In this document: positions 10,100 to 19,960 of the stretch, in pieces
How the letters are laid out: each line of letters begins with the position of its first letter
Position numbering within the stretch: the stretch's first letter is position 1
Source: Candidatus Chisholmbacteria bacterium
GTDB taxonomy: Bacteria; Patescibacteriota; Microgenomatia; UBA1400; Chisholmbacteraceae
Direction of reading: 5' to 3'
Length of the DNA stretch: 64,000 bases
Assembly: GCA_963704905.1 (NCBI GenBank)
Contig: CAVPHZ010000002.1
Coordinates: 292,537-356,536 of the forward strand
The notes under the pieces: generated by a model
Database searches by the model: none
Told to the model about the DNA's origin: nothing
The model's input: only the letters and a program-made list of their open reading frames with translations
Position numbers and translations under genes: made by a program

Positions 10100-10414
10100 A
10101 TGAAATCAAAAATACATCCAGAATACTATAAAGAGGCAAAGGTCGCTTGTGCATGCGGAAATACCTTCACCACTGGATCCACGCTTCCTGAAATCACTCT
10201 TGATATCTGTAGCGCCTGTCACCCATTCTTCACTGGTGAGATGAGGCTTATCGATACTCAGGGAAGAATTGAAAAGTTTGAAGCCAGAAGAGCCAAAGCT
10301 GGCAAATCCACCACAAAGAAAAAAGCAAAGATTTCAAAACAAGAGCGTCCCAAATCGCTCAAAGAAATGCTTCACACGAAAGAAGAAGTTTCACAAGAAG
10401 CATCCCAGAAGTAA
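10100..10414 (+). CDS. rpmE: 50S ribosomal protein L31 with a Lys-rich C-terminal extension
   Basis: MKSKIHPEYY...CACGN...CSACHPFFTG is the L31 zinc ribbon. It is followed by a KKKAKISKQERPK tail. Confidence 0.85.
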   Translation: MKSKIHPEYYKEAKVACACGNTFTTGSTLPEITLDICSACHPFFTGEMRLIDTQGRIEKFEARRAKAGKSTTKKKAKISKQERPKSLKEMLHTKEEVSQEASQK

Positions 10415-10419
10415 TCAAC

Positions 10420-11316
10420 ATGTCACTCCAAGACGAACTCGCCCGGGTTGATAAAGAAATTCAAAAAAACCAAGCACTTGTAAACGACCCAGAAATCGCT
10501 CCCCTTGCCAAAGAGGAGTTAGAAACATTGCATCAGCAAAAACTCGCATTGGTAGCCTCAATTTCTGCAGAAAACAGTGCCGCACACGCGACTTCAACAG
10601 ATACCAATGATCCCTACGACCAGTCCAGCGCACTCCTCGAAATTCGAGGTGCTGCTGGAGGAGATGAGGCAAAATTATGGGCAGCTGACTTAAAGCGAAT
10701 GTATGTAAGATTCGCCAGCAATAACAACTATACAGCCCAAGAATTGGATGAAGGAACTATCAAATTGAAAGGCAAAGGAGCTTTCGGAGCTTTAAAGTTT
10801 GAATCTGGTGTTCATCGTGTTCAGCGTGTACCAACCACAGAAAAACAAGGAAGAATCCACACTTCAACCGCATCTGTTGCCGTTCTTCCAGAAATTCCTG
10901 AGTCTCATATTCAAATTAATTCTGACGACCTAGAGTGGCAATTCACTCGCGCCGGGGGCCATGGCGGACAAAACGTAAACAAAGTCAATTCGGCAGTACG
11001 ACTTACTCATAAACCAACTCAGCTTATGGTATCGGTTCGTCAAGAACGTAGCCAACAGCAAAATAAAGCCATTGCACTCGAAATACTTCGCTCAAAACTC
11101 TGGGAAAGTGAAGAAGAAAAAAGACAAAATACCATCGATAAAACTCGCCGTTCCGCTGTAGGCAGAGGCATGCGAGCCGAAAAAATCAGAACCTACAATT
11201 TTCCTCAAAACCGCGTTACCGACCATCGAGTAAAAAAATCTTGGATTAATCTAGAAGAAGTATTGAATGGCGACTTATCCAAAATATTCGCAAGCCTCAA
11301 TCAACACTACAACTAA
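10420..11316 (+). CDS. prfA: peptide chain release factor 1 (short form)
   Basis: Has a GGQ motif (GGHGGQNVNKVNSAVRLTH) and a PxT-type tripeptide context (RVQRVPTTE), which marks RF1 rather than the SPF of RF2. Confidence 0.85.
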   Translation: MSLQDELARVDKEIQKNQALVNDPEIAPLAKEELETLHQQKLALVASISAENSAAHATSTDTNDPYDQSSALLEIRGAAGGDEAKLWAADLKRMYVRFASNNNYTAQELDEGTIKLKGKGAFGALKFESGVHRVQRVPTTEKQGRIHTSTASVAVLPEIPESHIQINSDDLEWQFTRAGGHGGQNVNKVNSAVRLTHKPTQLMVSVRQERSQQQNKAIALEILRSKLWESEEEKRQNTIDKTRRSAVGRGMRAEKIRTYNFPQNRVTDHRVKKSWINLEEVLNGDLSKIFASLNQHYN

Positions 11317-11427
11317 CAAATCTTGCTTTCCCTGAAAATCGGTAAACTGCGATTATTTATCGTACACAATCTCGAAAGAATCCTCGACGGAATTCTGACA
11401 CATGTTCACGATCTACGTACCTAAGCA

Positions 11428-12579
11428 TTACTCCCCAGCCTCCTGAAGAGTCGATTGCACTTGCAAATATTCCCCAACTCTCCAAAGCTCGAGTTGAACC
11501 TGGTCACCTACTTTTTTCTTTCGGATGACTGCTGCTAATCCACCATTGTCTTCAGTGAGTTCAACACCATCTATTTTGGTCACAATATCACCTTTAGTAA
11601 TTCCTGCTACGGATGCTGCTGAATTTTCCACTACCTCAATAACATATGCCCCCTCGGGAACCTCATTCAATAACGCTGCCTCTTTAGAGATTGTTTGATA
11701 TCGGATACCCAGAAATGCTCTGGAAAAACGACCTGTTTGATTGAAGTTATCTAATGATTCCCTGACTATATCAATCGGAATAGCAAATCCGATGTTTTCC
11801 GCCCCACCAGCCACGGCAGCATTTACTCCAATAACTTGCCCCCCGCTGTTCAGCAGTGGGCCTCCAGAATTCCCGGGATTAATAGCAGCATCTGTTTGAA
11901 TGACATTGTCCAGCTGTTCAAACGACCCCGCAAACGGATCGCCTGCTTCAATCCCTCGTCCCAGTCCGGATATGACACCGGTTGTCACGGTATGCCGAAA
12001 CTCACCCAATGCCGTTCCAATTGCAATCACAAATTGCCCGACTTTAAGATTGGTAGAATCTCCAAGATCGACAGGTTTAAGTCCGTTTGTGTTATCTATC
12101 TGAAGTATTGCTAAATCATTCACCGGATCCCGATAGATCTTTTTCACTCCGAATTCTTCTCCGTTTTTAGTAACAACCTTATAGGTTGAGTCCAGATTAT
12201 CAACAACGTGCCGATTGGTCACCACCAACCCATCATCGCTGACGATGAAACCGGTTCCGATGTCCTGCTCAACCGGTTCGCTTCTGGATTGACCGGGAAA
12301 TTGGAATACACCAAAAGGATTTAAAAATGGATCAACAATCACGCGTTGTCGGGTTTCTGATACCGTAACTACCGAGGGGCTGACCCGCTCCGCAACGTCA
12401 ATGACGACTGACTCTTCAGTGAGTACTCGTTGTTGAAGTAGTTGCTCCGTTGCTGTCCGCTGAGGTGGAAAATATCGATCGAGAAGTGACAGTCCCCAAA
12501 GACGGTCCACAACTGCGCCCCCAAGAATGGCAACGATAAAAACAATCCCAACTGCAACTCCAATAATGAACTGTTTCAT
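11428..12579 (-). CDS. htrA: HtrA/DegP-family serine protease with a PDZ domain
   Basis: N-terminal TM, the catalytic-His region TNRHVV, GNSGGPL around the catalytic Ser, and a C-terminal PDZ. Confidence 0.85.
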   Translation of the reverse strand: MKQFIIGVAVGIVFIVAILGGAVVDRLWGLSLLDRYFPPQRTATEQLLQQRVLTEESVVIDVAERVSPSVVTVSETRQRVIVDPFLNPFGVFQFPGQSRSEPVEQDIGTGFIVSDDGLVVTNRHVVDNLDSTYKVVTKNGEEFGVKKIYRDPVNDLAILQIDNTNGLKPVDLGDSTNLKVGQFVIAIGTALGEFRHTVTTGVISGLGRGIEAGDPFAGSFEQLDNVIQTDAAINPGNSGGPLLNSGGQVIGVNAAVAGGAENIGFAIPIDIVRESLDNFNQTGRFSRAFLGIRYQTISKEAALLNEVPEGAYVIEVVENSAASVAGITKGDIVTKIDGVELTEDNGGLAAVIRKKKVGDQVQLELWRVGEYLQVQSTLQEAGE

Positions 12580-12628
12580 GGCAGAAAAATATTATAGCAC
12601 CATAAATGCATTGCTCAGGTGGCAACCA

Positions 12629-13918
12629 TCACTTGATGAGCTCAGCAATTGCTCTTTCAAGTTGCTCATCAATGCCTTCTTCATCATCCTCAAGGACTAC
12701 TTCAATATCAGGAGAAAGACCAACACTATTAATCTTAGACCCACTCGGAAGAACCCATTCTGCGGTAGTGACATGTAAACCCGCTCCGCTGGAGAGATCC
12801 TTGGCTTCTTGAACCGTCCCTTTACCAAATGTCTGCTCACCAATAAGAAGGGTATCGAGACGATCGCGCAAAGCACCAGCCAGAATTTCTGAAGCCGATG
12901 CACTCCCCTCATTTACCAATACCACCACCGGAATGCCAACCACACGACCACGCCGTTTCTCTGCAGTAAATGTCTGAGATTGGGATCGTCCTTGCTGTAC
13001 TACAACTGTTCCTTCAGTGAAAAAATCGCTGGCAAATTCTATTGCTCCGGATAAAAATCCTCCTGGATTATTTCTTAAATCCAGCACAATGCCATCGATA
13101 TCCGCCCGTCGAGTGACAATCTCACTCATAGCTTCATCCCACTCTTGCTTTGTCCTCTCGCCAAATTGAGACATGCGCAAATGAGCCACAATCGGTTGCT
13201 CGCTTTCCTCATCCACACCGAGTTTCGGAGGTATAAACTCAAGATTGACACTTGGAATGACGATCTCCTCTCGAACCAAATCAACCTCAAAAGGCTCTTC
13301 TGCTCCTTCTCGAAAGAGTGAAAGGCGTATACTCGATCCTTTTTCCCCTCGTATCAGTGAAACGGCCTCTGGTAACGTCATGTCTTGAGTTGACTTATCC
13401 ACACTCTTGGCTTCATCAATGATTCGCACGATATAGTCACCAGATTGAACACCGGCGCTGTAAGCTGGCATTCCATCCAAAGGAGCAACCACCGCTAGTC
13501 TCCGGTTCTTAAATCCAATTTGAATACCAACACCATAAAACGATCCCGACAAATTTTCTCTTGTCTGCTTATTATTACTTGGAGATAAGAACACGGTATA
13601 CGGATCACCAAGTGCGCTGGTCATTCCCGCAATCGCGCCATAGACCATCTTCTCGGGATCAATATCATCAGGCCGGAGGTAACTTGCCTCTAATTCTTCC
13701 CAAACTTGCCAGAACAATGAAAAATCAACATCTTTATGTCGATTCGGTTGAGCCCGATTAATCACAGTAACATCTGGTTTAAATTCAGAAAAATCAGCCT
13801 CAATCCGATGCTGTCCAAACCAATAGCCAGAGCCACCAATGAGAATAATAAAAGTAATGAAGAGTACAAAGTTCCGAATCTTTTGAAGAGATATGATCCG
13901 TCCAGAATTAAAAATCAT
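12629..13918 (-). CDS. ctpA: S41 carboxyl-terminal processing protease
   Basis: GIVLDLRNNPGG, GSASASEILAGAL and a PDZ segment, with an N-terminal TM. Confidence 0.8.
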   Translation of the reverse strand: MIFNSGRIISLQKIRNFVLFITFIILIGGSGYWFGQHRIEADFSEFKPDVTVINRAQPNRHKDVDFSLFWQVWEELEASYLRPDDIDPEKMVYGAIAGMTSALGDPYTVFLSPSNNKQTRENLSGSFYGVGIQIGFKNRRLAVVAPLDGMPAYSAGVQSGDYIVRIIDEAKSVDKSTQDMTLPEAVSLIRGEKGSSIRLSLFREGAEEPFEVDLVREEIVIPSVNLEFIPPKLGVDEESEQPIVAHLRMSQFGERTKQEWDEAMSEIVTRRADIDGIVLDLRNNPGGFLSGAIEFASDFFTEGTVVVQQGRSQSQTFTAEKRRGRVVGIPVVVLVNEGSASASEILAGALRDRLDTLLIGEQTFGKGTVQEAKDLSSGAGLHVTTAEWVLPSGSKINSVGLSPDIEVVLEDDEEGIDEQLERAIAELIK

Positions 13919-13997
13919 ACAAAATATACTAACCCAATTTACCGGAAATTACCAACAACACATCATCAAAGAAACCTACCGTCAGGGAAAAAAGGTA

Positions 13998-14234
13998 TTA
14001 CACCTGTTGAGTAAATGGAAGAAGTGCTAAGTACCGTGCTCGCTTGACTGCCTGAGCCAGCTGTCGCTGTTGTTTTGCCGAAAGTCCCGACCGGCTGCGT
14101 CCGAGAATTTTTCCTCGATCAGTGATGAATTTAAACAGAGCTGCCGGATCTTTATAGTTAAAAGTCAGATCAGACGGTGCTTTTGGAACAGGTTTTCTAC
14201 GAATACGTGGTTGAGTTGGTCTTCGTCTTGGCAT
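13998..14234 (-). CDS. rpsR: 30S ribosomal protein S18
   Basis: Typical S18 sequence. Confidence 0.9.
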   Translation of the reverse strand: MPRRRPTQPRIRRKPVPKAPSDLTFNYKDPAALFKFITDRGKILGRSRSGLSAKQQRQLAQAVKRARYLALLPFTQQV

Positions 14235-14241
14235 AGGTTAC

Positions 14242-14826
14242 CTAAAAAGGTATGTCATCCTCTGAAACATCTTCTTTCTCCTTCTTGGCAGAGGTCACAC
14301 TTGCTTTTGGCGTAGGTATAGCTTTTGAAGATTTTGATGAAGTAGTTGGTGCTTGCTTTACTTTCGGCGCAGCTACAGCCACATCGTCTGCTGAAGAAAC
14401 AGCATCCTCCTTTGTACTAGTCGCTGGCTCCGCAAACTCAGCAGCAACATCATCAAAGTTCCCACTATTCTCGGCTGTACCAGGTTTGGGCGGACCTAAC
14501 GCAATCATTGAATCAATGACAATTTCCGTTGTCGTTCTCTCCTGCTCATCTTGACCAGTCCAAGTACGCGTTTGTAGCCGTCCTTCAACATATACTTTCC
14601 GTCCTTTATGCAAAATTTGCGAACAAATCTCCGCCAGCTTAGCCCAGGCAACAATGCGGTGAAACTCTACTTCTTCTTGACGTTCTCCCCCATCGGACGG
14701 AGTCCAAGAACGATTAGTGGCTACGCCAAATGTGCATACTGCCGTTCCTTGTGGTGTGTAACGGAGCTCTGGATCCCGGGTCAGATTACCTATTAACGTA
14801 ACTCTATTGAGTGATCGCGCAGACAT
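14242..14826 (-). CDS. ssb: single-stranded DNA-binding protein
   Basis: OB fold (RVTLIGNLTRDPELRYTPQG) with an acidic tail ending DDIPF. Confidence 0.9.
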   Translation of the reverse strand: MSARSLNRVTLIGNLTRDPELRYTPQGTAVCTFGVATNRSWTPSDGGERQEEVEFHRIVAWAKLAEICSQILHKGRKVYVEGRLQTRTWTGQDEQERTTTEIVIDSMIALGPPKPGTAENSGNFDDVAAEFAEPATSTKEDAVSSADDVAVAAPKVKQAPTTSSKSSKAIPTPKASVTSAKKEKEDVSEDDIPF

Positions 14827-14835
14827 ATATCTCCT

Positions 14836-15123
14836 TTAACTTTCTCGAATAAGTAGATAACGCATAATCCCCATACTCAATCTGAGAGCTGAAGTTAATT
14901 CCTTGATGCTCTTTCCGGGAATTTCGATCAGATAAAACCAATACACACCTTTGGTCTGCTTATCAATTTCATAGGCCAAATCCCGCGTACCCCAATCATC
15001 TTTCTTAACAAGCTTTCCCTCCCACTTCACAATCAGGTCCTCAACGGACTTTTGAGATTTTTTGAGATCAGTTGTGGATAGTTCCGGAGAAAATATCACC
15101 GTCAACTCGTATCGTCGCTTCAT
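14836..15123 (-). CDS. rpsF: 30S ribosomal protein S6
   Basis: RRYELTVIF... S6 signature. The gene order rpsF-ssb-rpsR is the classic arrangement. Confidence 0.9.
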   Translation of the reverse strand: MKRRYELTVIFSPELSTTDLKKSQKSVEDLIVKWEGKLVKKDDWGTRDLAYEIDKQTKGVYWFYLIEIPGKSIKELTSALRLSMGIMRYLLIRES

Positions 15124-15195
15124 CTGCAGTCAAATGGTTATTCGTTTTCTAAAAAGCTCGCGTAGTATAACACATCTCCCTACCTCTGGCTAGAC

Positions 15196-16272
15196 TTACA
15201 CAGCCGCTTTTACCTCAATCACATCCCCATCCCGCACAACGTACGCCTTCCCCTCTGTGCGTATCTTTCCATCATCACGTGCGGACTTCCAGCTTGAATG
15301 AGAAAGCAGAGTGTTAACATCGATAACTTCTGCAGTAACAAAACGCTTGGCAAAATCACTGTGAACAGTTTCCGCGGCATCCAGTACGGTCTTTCCTTGA
15401 CGTAATGACCAAGCCCGCACCTCTCCAGTTTTTCCTCCAGCACCTTTAACCGTATAAAACGTAATTAGCTGAAGTAACCCATAGGCTTTACTAATTAGCC
15501 GATCTAAACTCGCTCCACGCAGTCCCAACTCTCGTCGATAAGATGCCCGTTCCTTCTCATCAAGATCAATCAGCTCCTCTTCAAGCTTGGCACTTACCAC
15601 CACGCAATTATCGAGTTTTAATGACAGCTTTTTCACCTCATCCTTGAGCGACTCCAAGTCCCCTTCAGCAACATTCAGCACATAGAACATCGGTTTTACG
15701 CTGATTAGCTGCAAAGGCTGAATTGCCCCCCTCTCTTCTTGCGTAAGTGAAACGCTGTCTAGTTGTTCATTGCGGTCAAGTGCAGAGATCAGTTTCTCAG
15801 TCGCTGATTTGAGAGGTGGTGATACTTTCTTCGAGTCTTGTGCTCGTTCAAGAGTTTCAAGATCTTTAAGCATCAACTCTGTAAGAATAATCTCCTTATC
15901 ACGAAGTGGTTCAACGGTCTCCATCACATGCGTTACGCTTGGACTATCAAATTCCCGCACAACATGACATATCACATCCACACTACGGATGTGAGAGAGA
16001 AATTCATTTCCTAAACCCTCACCTTGATGAGCGCCTTTTACAAGCCCTGCAATATCAACAAACGTCACACTTGCCGGCGTCGTTTTCTCTGGTTTAATAT
16101 GCTTGGCAAGTTTTTCCAATCGGACATCAGGAAGACGAACCACACCAGTATTCGGCTTTACCGTTGTAAACGGATGCGAGCCCACCGGCGCCTGCCGACG
16201 AGAAAGCAATGCATTGAACATCGTCGACTTACCCACATTGGGGAGCCCTACAATTCCAACAGACAAACTCAT
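15196..16272 (-). CDS. ychF: ribosome-binding ATPase YchF (Obg family)
   Basis: GIVGLPNVGKST P-loop plus a C-terminal TGS domain. Confidence 0.9.
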   Translation of the reverse strand: MSLSVGIVGLPNVGKSTMFNALLSRRQAPVGSHPFTTVKPNTGVVRLPDVRLEKLAKHIKPEKTTPASVTFVDIAGLVKGAHQGEGLGNEFLSHIRSVDVICHVVREFDSPSVTHVMETVEPLRDKEIILTELMLKDLETLERAQDSKKVSPPLKSATEKLISALDRNEQLDSVSLTQEERGAIQPLQLISVKPMFYVLNVAEGDLESLKDEVKKLSLKLDNCVVVSAKLEEELIDLDEKERASYRRELGLRGASLDRLISKAYGLLQLITFYTVKGAGGKTGEVRAWSLRQGKTVLDAAETVHSDFAKRFVTAEVIDVNTLLSHSSWKSARDDGKIRTEGKAYVVRDGDVIEVKAAV

Positions 16273-16295
16273 AGTGTTGTTATTGTAGCAGACGT

Positions 16296-16694
16296 CTATT
16301 CTTCCTTCTCTTCAGATTCCACCTGAAAAGTGTCACTTGATCTGTTTCTCAACCACCCAACCAAAAGCGGCAGCGTAAATGCTAAGAAGTAGTAAAGATA
16401 AATATCGAGCTTGTAATACCCATCCTCTGGCTTGAAGGCAACCACAATAAAAACGTAATCCAAGACAATTGCCAAGACCATCCAAACCACCCCTATCACC
16501 AGATAACGACCAAGTGCTTCTGATTTTATTTTTCTAAAAAGCACCAAAAGCGTAGCCGCGATACCAAAAGGTGAAATAATCCAACCCAAAACATCTGGCG
16601 GAACAAAAGCAAATAAAAGAATCCCTAAGATATAGCCAAAAAGCCACAGGGCAAATCCCCATCCCAGTGTTTCTTTAAGAAGCTGTTTATCCAT
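16296..16694 (-). CDS. hypothetical 4-TM membrane protein
   Basis: I used the internal Met MDKQ as the start (ATG 16694). It overlaps the PspC-domain stop as TGATG. Confidence 0.45.
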   Translation of the reverse strand: MDKQLLKETLGWGFALWLFGYILGILLFAFVPPDVLGWIISPFGIAATLLVLFRKIKSEALGRYLVIGVVWMVLAIVLDYVFIVVAFKPEDGYYKLDIYLYYFLAFTLPLLVGWLRNRSSDTFQVESEEKEE

Positions 16695-16882
16695 CACTCC
16701 TCCGGAATCATAACCCAACAAATAATATACGGAATAATGCCAGGAGCGCCACCGGGAATCGCCAGAAATATCCAAAACAACCGTACCAAAACAATATCAA
16801 TGCCAAAGTAGTTTGCAAATGCCACGCAAACCCCGGCAATCTTTCTCCCCTTCTTCGGCCGACGTAGTTTTTTTACTTTCAT
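16694..16882 (-). CDS. PspC-domain protein
   Basis: MKVKKLRRPKKGRKIAGVCVAFANYFGIDIVLVRLFWIFLAI...WVMIPEE matches the PspC-domain consensus. Confidence 0.7.
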   Translation of the reverse strand: MKVKKLRRPKKGRKIAGVCVAFANYFGIDIVLVRLFWIFLAIPGGAPGIIPYIICWVMIPEE

Positions 16883-17553
16883 AATCGTTCCGTCAAATAC
16901 TCGCATTCTGGAAAACTCTTTAGAATTCTAGCAATACGTTTAAAATCCTCACCTTGTGTTCTCTTGCTTGCTAATCTGTAGATTTCCTGACCCTTGTCAC
17001 CATCAGCATGTTCTAGTCCCAAACCAATAAACACCGCCTGCACGGTTGTAAATCCGTCAGGGTTGCGCAAGTCCTGAGAGGTCTTTAGAACCGAAACATC
17101 AATTCCAATATTGTCTTTTAGAACTTGAGCAAGATTATCTCGTAACTTTCCGTGTGTCAAATATTCATCAAGTCGTTCCTGATTTCCATCAATCCCCAAG
17201 ATTGTCAGCCCACTTGTCCGAATCCATCGATTTACTAGCTCTGACTGGCTATCAACCTCTTTTGGTAGAATTGACAATTCGACAGCCACTGAAAATGCTT
17301 GTTCGGGGTCTATCTCCACTAGAAAAAAGAGATGCTCGTTGGCCTTATCCCAAATCTCACTTAGATTTGTTGCTTTTACATCTTGAGGTTCTGCTTCCAT
17401 CACCTCAAGACCGGCAGCAATTCTTGAATAGAGAATGGACAAAATATGCGAACGATCAAATGGATCATCAACATCCTTGAGTTTCGTGAACAGCTGATCA
17501 ACTCTAGACTCTGTCATACACACCTCTTTCAAATAACTAATGTATTTTATCAC
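16879..17553 (-). CDS. hypothetical soluble protein; the start could instead be Met13 at 17517
   Basis: No motif recognised. Its stop overlaps the PspC-domain start as ATGA. Confidence 0.45.
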   Translation of the reverse strand: MIKYISYLKEVCMTESRVDQLFTKLKDVDDPFDRSHILSILYSRIAAGLEVMEAEPQDVKATNLSEIWDKANEHLFFLVEIDPEQAFSVAVELSILPKEVDSQSELVNRWIRTSGLTILGIDGNQERLDEYLTHGKLRDNLAQVLKDNIGIDVSVLKTSQDLRNPDGFTTVQAVFIGLGLEHADGDKGQEIYRLASKRTQGEDFKRIARILKSFPECEYLTERL

Positions 17554-17581
17554 TAGAGAAATATTATTTTGAAGTTCTAAC

Positions 17582-18722
17582 TCACTTTTCTAGGAAAAAC
17601 TCAGCCGATCTCCCCATCGCATCGTTAAAACTTGAACCAATTAAATTATGCCCACCCGATGAGTACTCAAAAAGCTCATGGCGGATGCCAGAGCCATCCA
17701 GGAGGTGCATTAAGTTCCGGCTGTACTCGACGCTCACCACAGCGTCATCAACTGCATGATGAATCTGCACGTCTCCACCTACACCATCTAAATAAGTTAG
17801 TCGCAGACACCGCTTTCCAGAATTCGTTCTCCAAATCAAACTCTCCGTACGTTTCAAAGAGTTCCCTGCGCTTACGAGCCCTCTCTGAGTCCCCTTCTGG
17901 TGGCTGATAACTGCCATCCTGAATCCGGTATTGATCCCAATCGGAGTAGGAATACACCGCTCCTGACCAGATCACCACTTTAGGAATAGTTTTTGCCACG
18001 AAACTTCGAAACACCACATTTCCGGCCATACTATGTCCCCACAATCCCACCCGTGAACCATTAACAAAATCTGCCGTTTGCAACGCAGAGTATGCATTTA
18101 AAGTATCAATCACATAATCGCCTGAGTAATACGCTCCGCCTGGCTCTCCTTGTGACTGATCGTGACCTCGAAGGTCAATCTTAAACACCACCAGCCCTCG
18201 CCGAGCTAGAAAATCGACATAAGACACGTAATGCTCTCGGGTTCGATATTCTTTGGGTGGAATGTAGCCATGCACAAACACCACCGCTGGCCAGCCGCCA
18301 GAATCCGGCTCACCCTTAGGCACAGTCAGCAGTCCATTAATACGAATTCCATCCGAATTGTAATTTGTGACAAACGACGTATAGCTTTCATTTTCACCGA
18401 CCTGCCGAAGCTCTCCTAAATTGCTCTCATATGACCGGCCCCGTAAATACGGAATCGTAATTTCAGCAAATAGAATCGGTTCTCCCCCAGTAGTAACACC
18501 TAATGTTGAGGCGTTATTTGTGGATGAAATTATCGATTGGAAACCACCCTGGTTTGACAGTTGCTGATCCTGTCGCTTAGATATTACACTCAGTAAACCA
18601 ACACCCACTCCAAATCCGAGAATGAGGATTCCAACATGTTTAAGATACTTAGCGATCACTACTCCCTCCTCCTTCGAAAATCTGAATGCCGAAAGTCTAT
18701 CAAAACACCTAGTTTCGCACAA
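17582..18722 (-). pseudogene. alpha/beta-hydrolase (S9/dienelactone-hydrolase-like), interrupted by a single-base frameshift
   Basis: ORF 17748..18722 carries the nucleophile elbow GHSMAGN. ORF 17582..17917, in another frame, carries the catalytic Asp/His part (VQIHHAVDDAVV...YSSGGHN). The frames meet near 17789-17800; removing one T from TTATTTAG reads ...AVSATNLLDGVGGDVQIHH... Confidence 0.55.
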
Positions 18723-18796
18723 GATACGAGGGTGCCATTAAAGTCGTTTGAACCCACCGACCTTTTTCTCAGAATGCAATAGACTTTCTCCGCCAA

Positions 18797-18805
18797 ATCC
18801 CAACC
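18797..18805 (+). promoter_or_regulatory. candidate extended -10 element (TGTATAAT) about 15 nt upstream of the 18820 start
   Basis: Seen in sequence only. There is no clear -35 and no clear SD, so the transcript may have a short leader or be leaderless. Confidence 0.25.
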
Positions 18806-18819
18806 TGTAACAAATTACA

Positions 18820-19257
18820 ATGTATAATTTCTCTATGAGCTGGCTCGTATATGCACTTCTCTCCGCTGTGTTTGCTGCAATGACCACCATTCTTGCCAAG
18901 ATCGGTGTAAGAGATGTTGATTCAAATCTCGCCACAGCCATAAGAACCACAGTCATCCTCATCTTCACCTGGGGTATCGTCTTTGCTCAAAAAACGACCA
19001 CACAACTGCAAACAATCAATCGTAGTTCAATGCTGTTCTTAGTCCTCTCCGGCTTAGCGACTGGCTTATCTTGGCTGTTCTATTTCCGTGCCCTGCAAGT
19101 CGGCGAGGCAACCAAAGTCGTCCCCATTGATAAGCTGAGCTTGATATTAACCATCATTTTTGCTGCACTATTTCTCAAAGAACGCTTTACACTGTTTACC
19201 GCCATCGGTGCCGTTCTCATGATGGCAGGTGCTATAATGATTTCGCTAACAAAATAA
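18820..19257 (+). CDS. single-EamA-domain small membrane transporter (4-5 TM)
   Basis: Hydrophobic helices. The C-terminal half resembles an EamA repeat. Confidence 0.6.
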   Translation: MYNFSMSWLVYALLSAVFAAMTTILAKIGVRDVDSNLATAIRTTVILIFTWGIVFAQKTTTQLQTINRSSMLFLVLSGLATGLSWLFYFRALQVGEATKVVPIDKLSLILTIIFAALFLKERFTLFTAIGAVLMMAGAIMISLTK

Positions 19258-19274
19258 ATATAAATGGAGGCAGC

Positions 19275-19652
19275 ATGACAGGATATCACGGCCCGATCGA
19301 AGATCTTACACTAGACAATCACAATTTTCGCAAGGTGCTGTTTACCGGTTCGAATTTGCAGTTGGTGCTCATGAGCCTGAAGCCAGGTGAAGATATTGGT
19401 TTTGAAATACACGAAGAACATGATCAGTTTTTCCGCTTCGAAGGAGGCATTGGTGAAGTCATTATCGATGATAACCACTATGTGGTCAAAGACGGAGATG
19501 CGGTAGTTGTACCGGCTGGTTCCCGTCACAACGTCTCCAACACCTCAAAGACGGATTCACTCAGGCTCTATACTATCTACGCTCCTCCCGAGCATCCTGA
19601 CGGCACTGTTCACTCCACAAAAGAGGAAGCTGAGCAATCTCACCACAGCTAA
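19275..19652 (+). CDS. cupin-domain protein
   Basis: The cupin beta-barrel motifs G(x)5HxH-like (EIHEEHDQFF) and VVVPAGSRHNV are present. Confidence 0.65.
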   Translation: MTGYHGPIEDLTLDNHNFRKVLFTGSNLQLVLMSLKPGEDIGFEIHEEHDQFFRFEGGIGEVIIDDNHYVVKDGDAVVVPAGSRHNVSNTSKTDSLRLYTIYAPPEHPDGTVHSTKEEAEQSHHS

Positions 19653-19696
19653 CTTGCAATTCATATGGCTCCTTTGCTAGTTTAAGATGAACTTAT

Positions 19697-19954
19697 ATGG
19701 AAACAAAAGTCAGAAAACGAAACGGTTTGCTTGAAAATTTCGATTCAAACAAAATCATCCAGGTGGTTACAGCAGCTGGACTTGAAACTCAACAGGCAGA
19801 AAAACTCACTAAAACAATAGAAAATTGGCTAAAATCATTAAAGCAGCAAAGCATATCATCCCTCAAGATCAGAGATCAAGTAAGCCAGAATCTAAAAAGT
19901 ATCGATCCTCATGCCTATAACATGTATCGCCAATACCAACAATCGAAACAGTAG
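19697..19954 (+). CDS. stand-alone ATP-cone domain protein
   Basis: VRKRNGLLENFDSNKIIQVVTAAG..E.A..L matches the ATP-cone consensus (V.KR.G..E.F...KI). Confidence 0.5.
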   Translation: METKVRKRNGLLENFDSNKIIQVVTAAGLETQQAEKLTKTIENWLKSLKQQSISSLKIRDQVSQNLKSIDPHAYNMYRQYQQSKQ

Positions 19955-19960
19955 CCCAGA

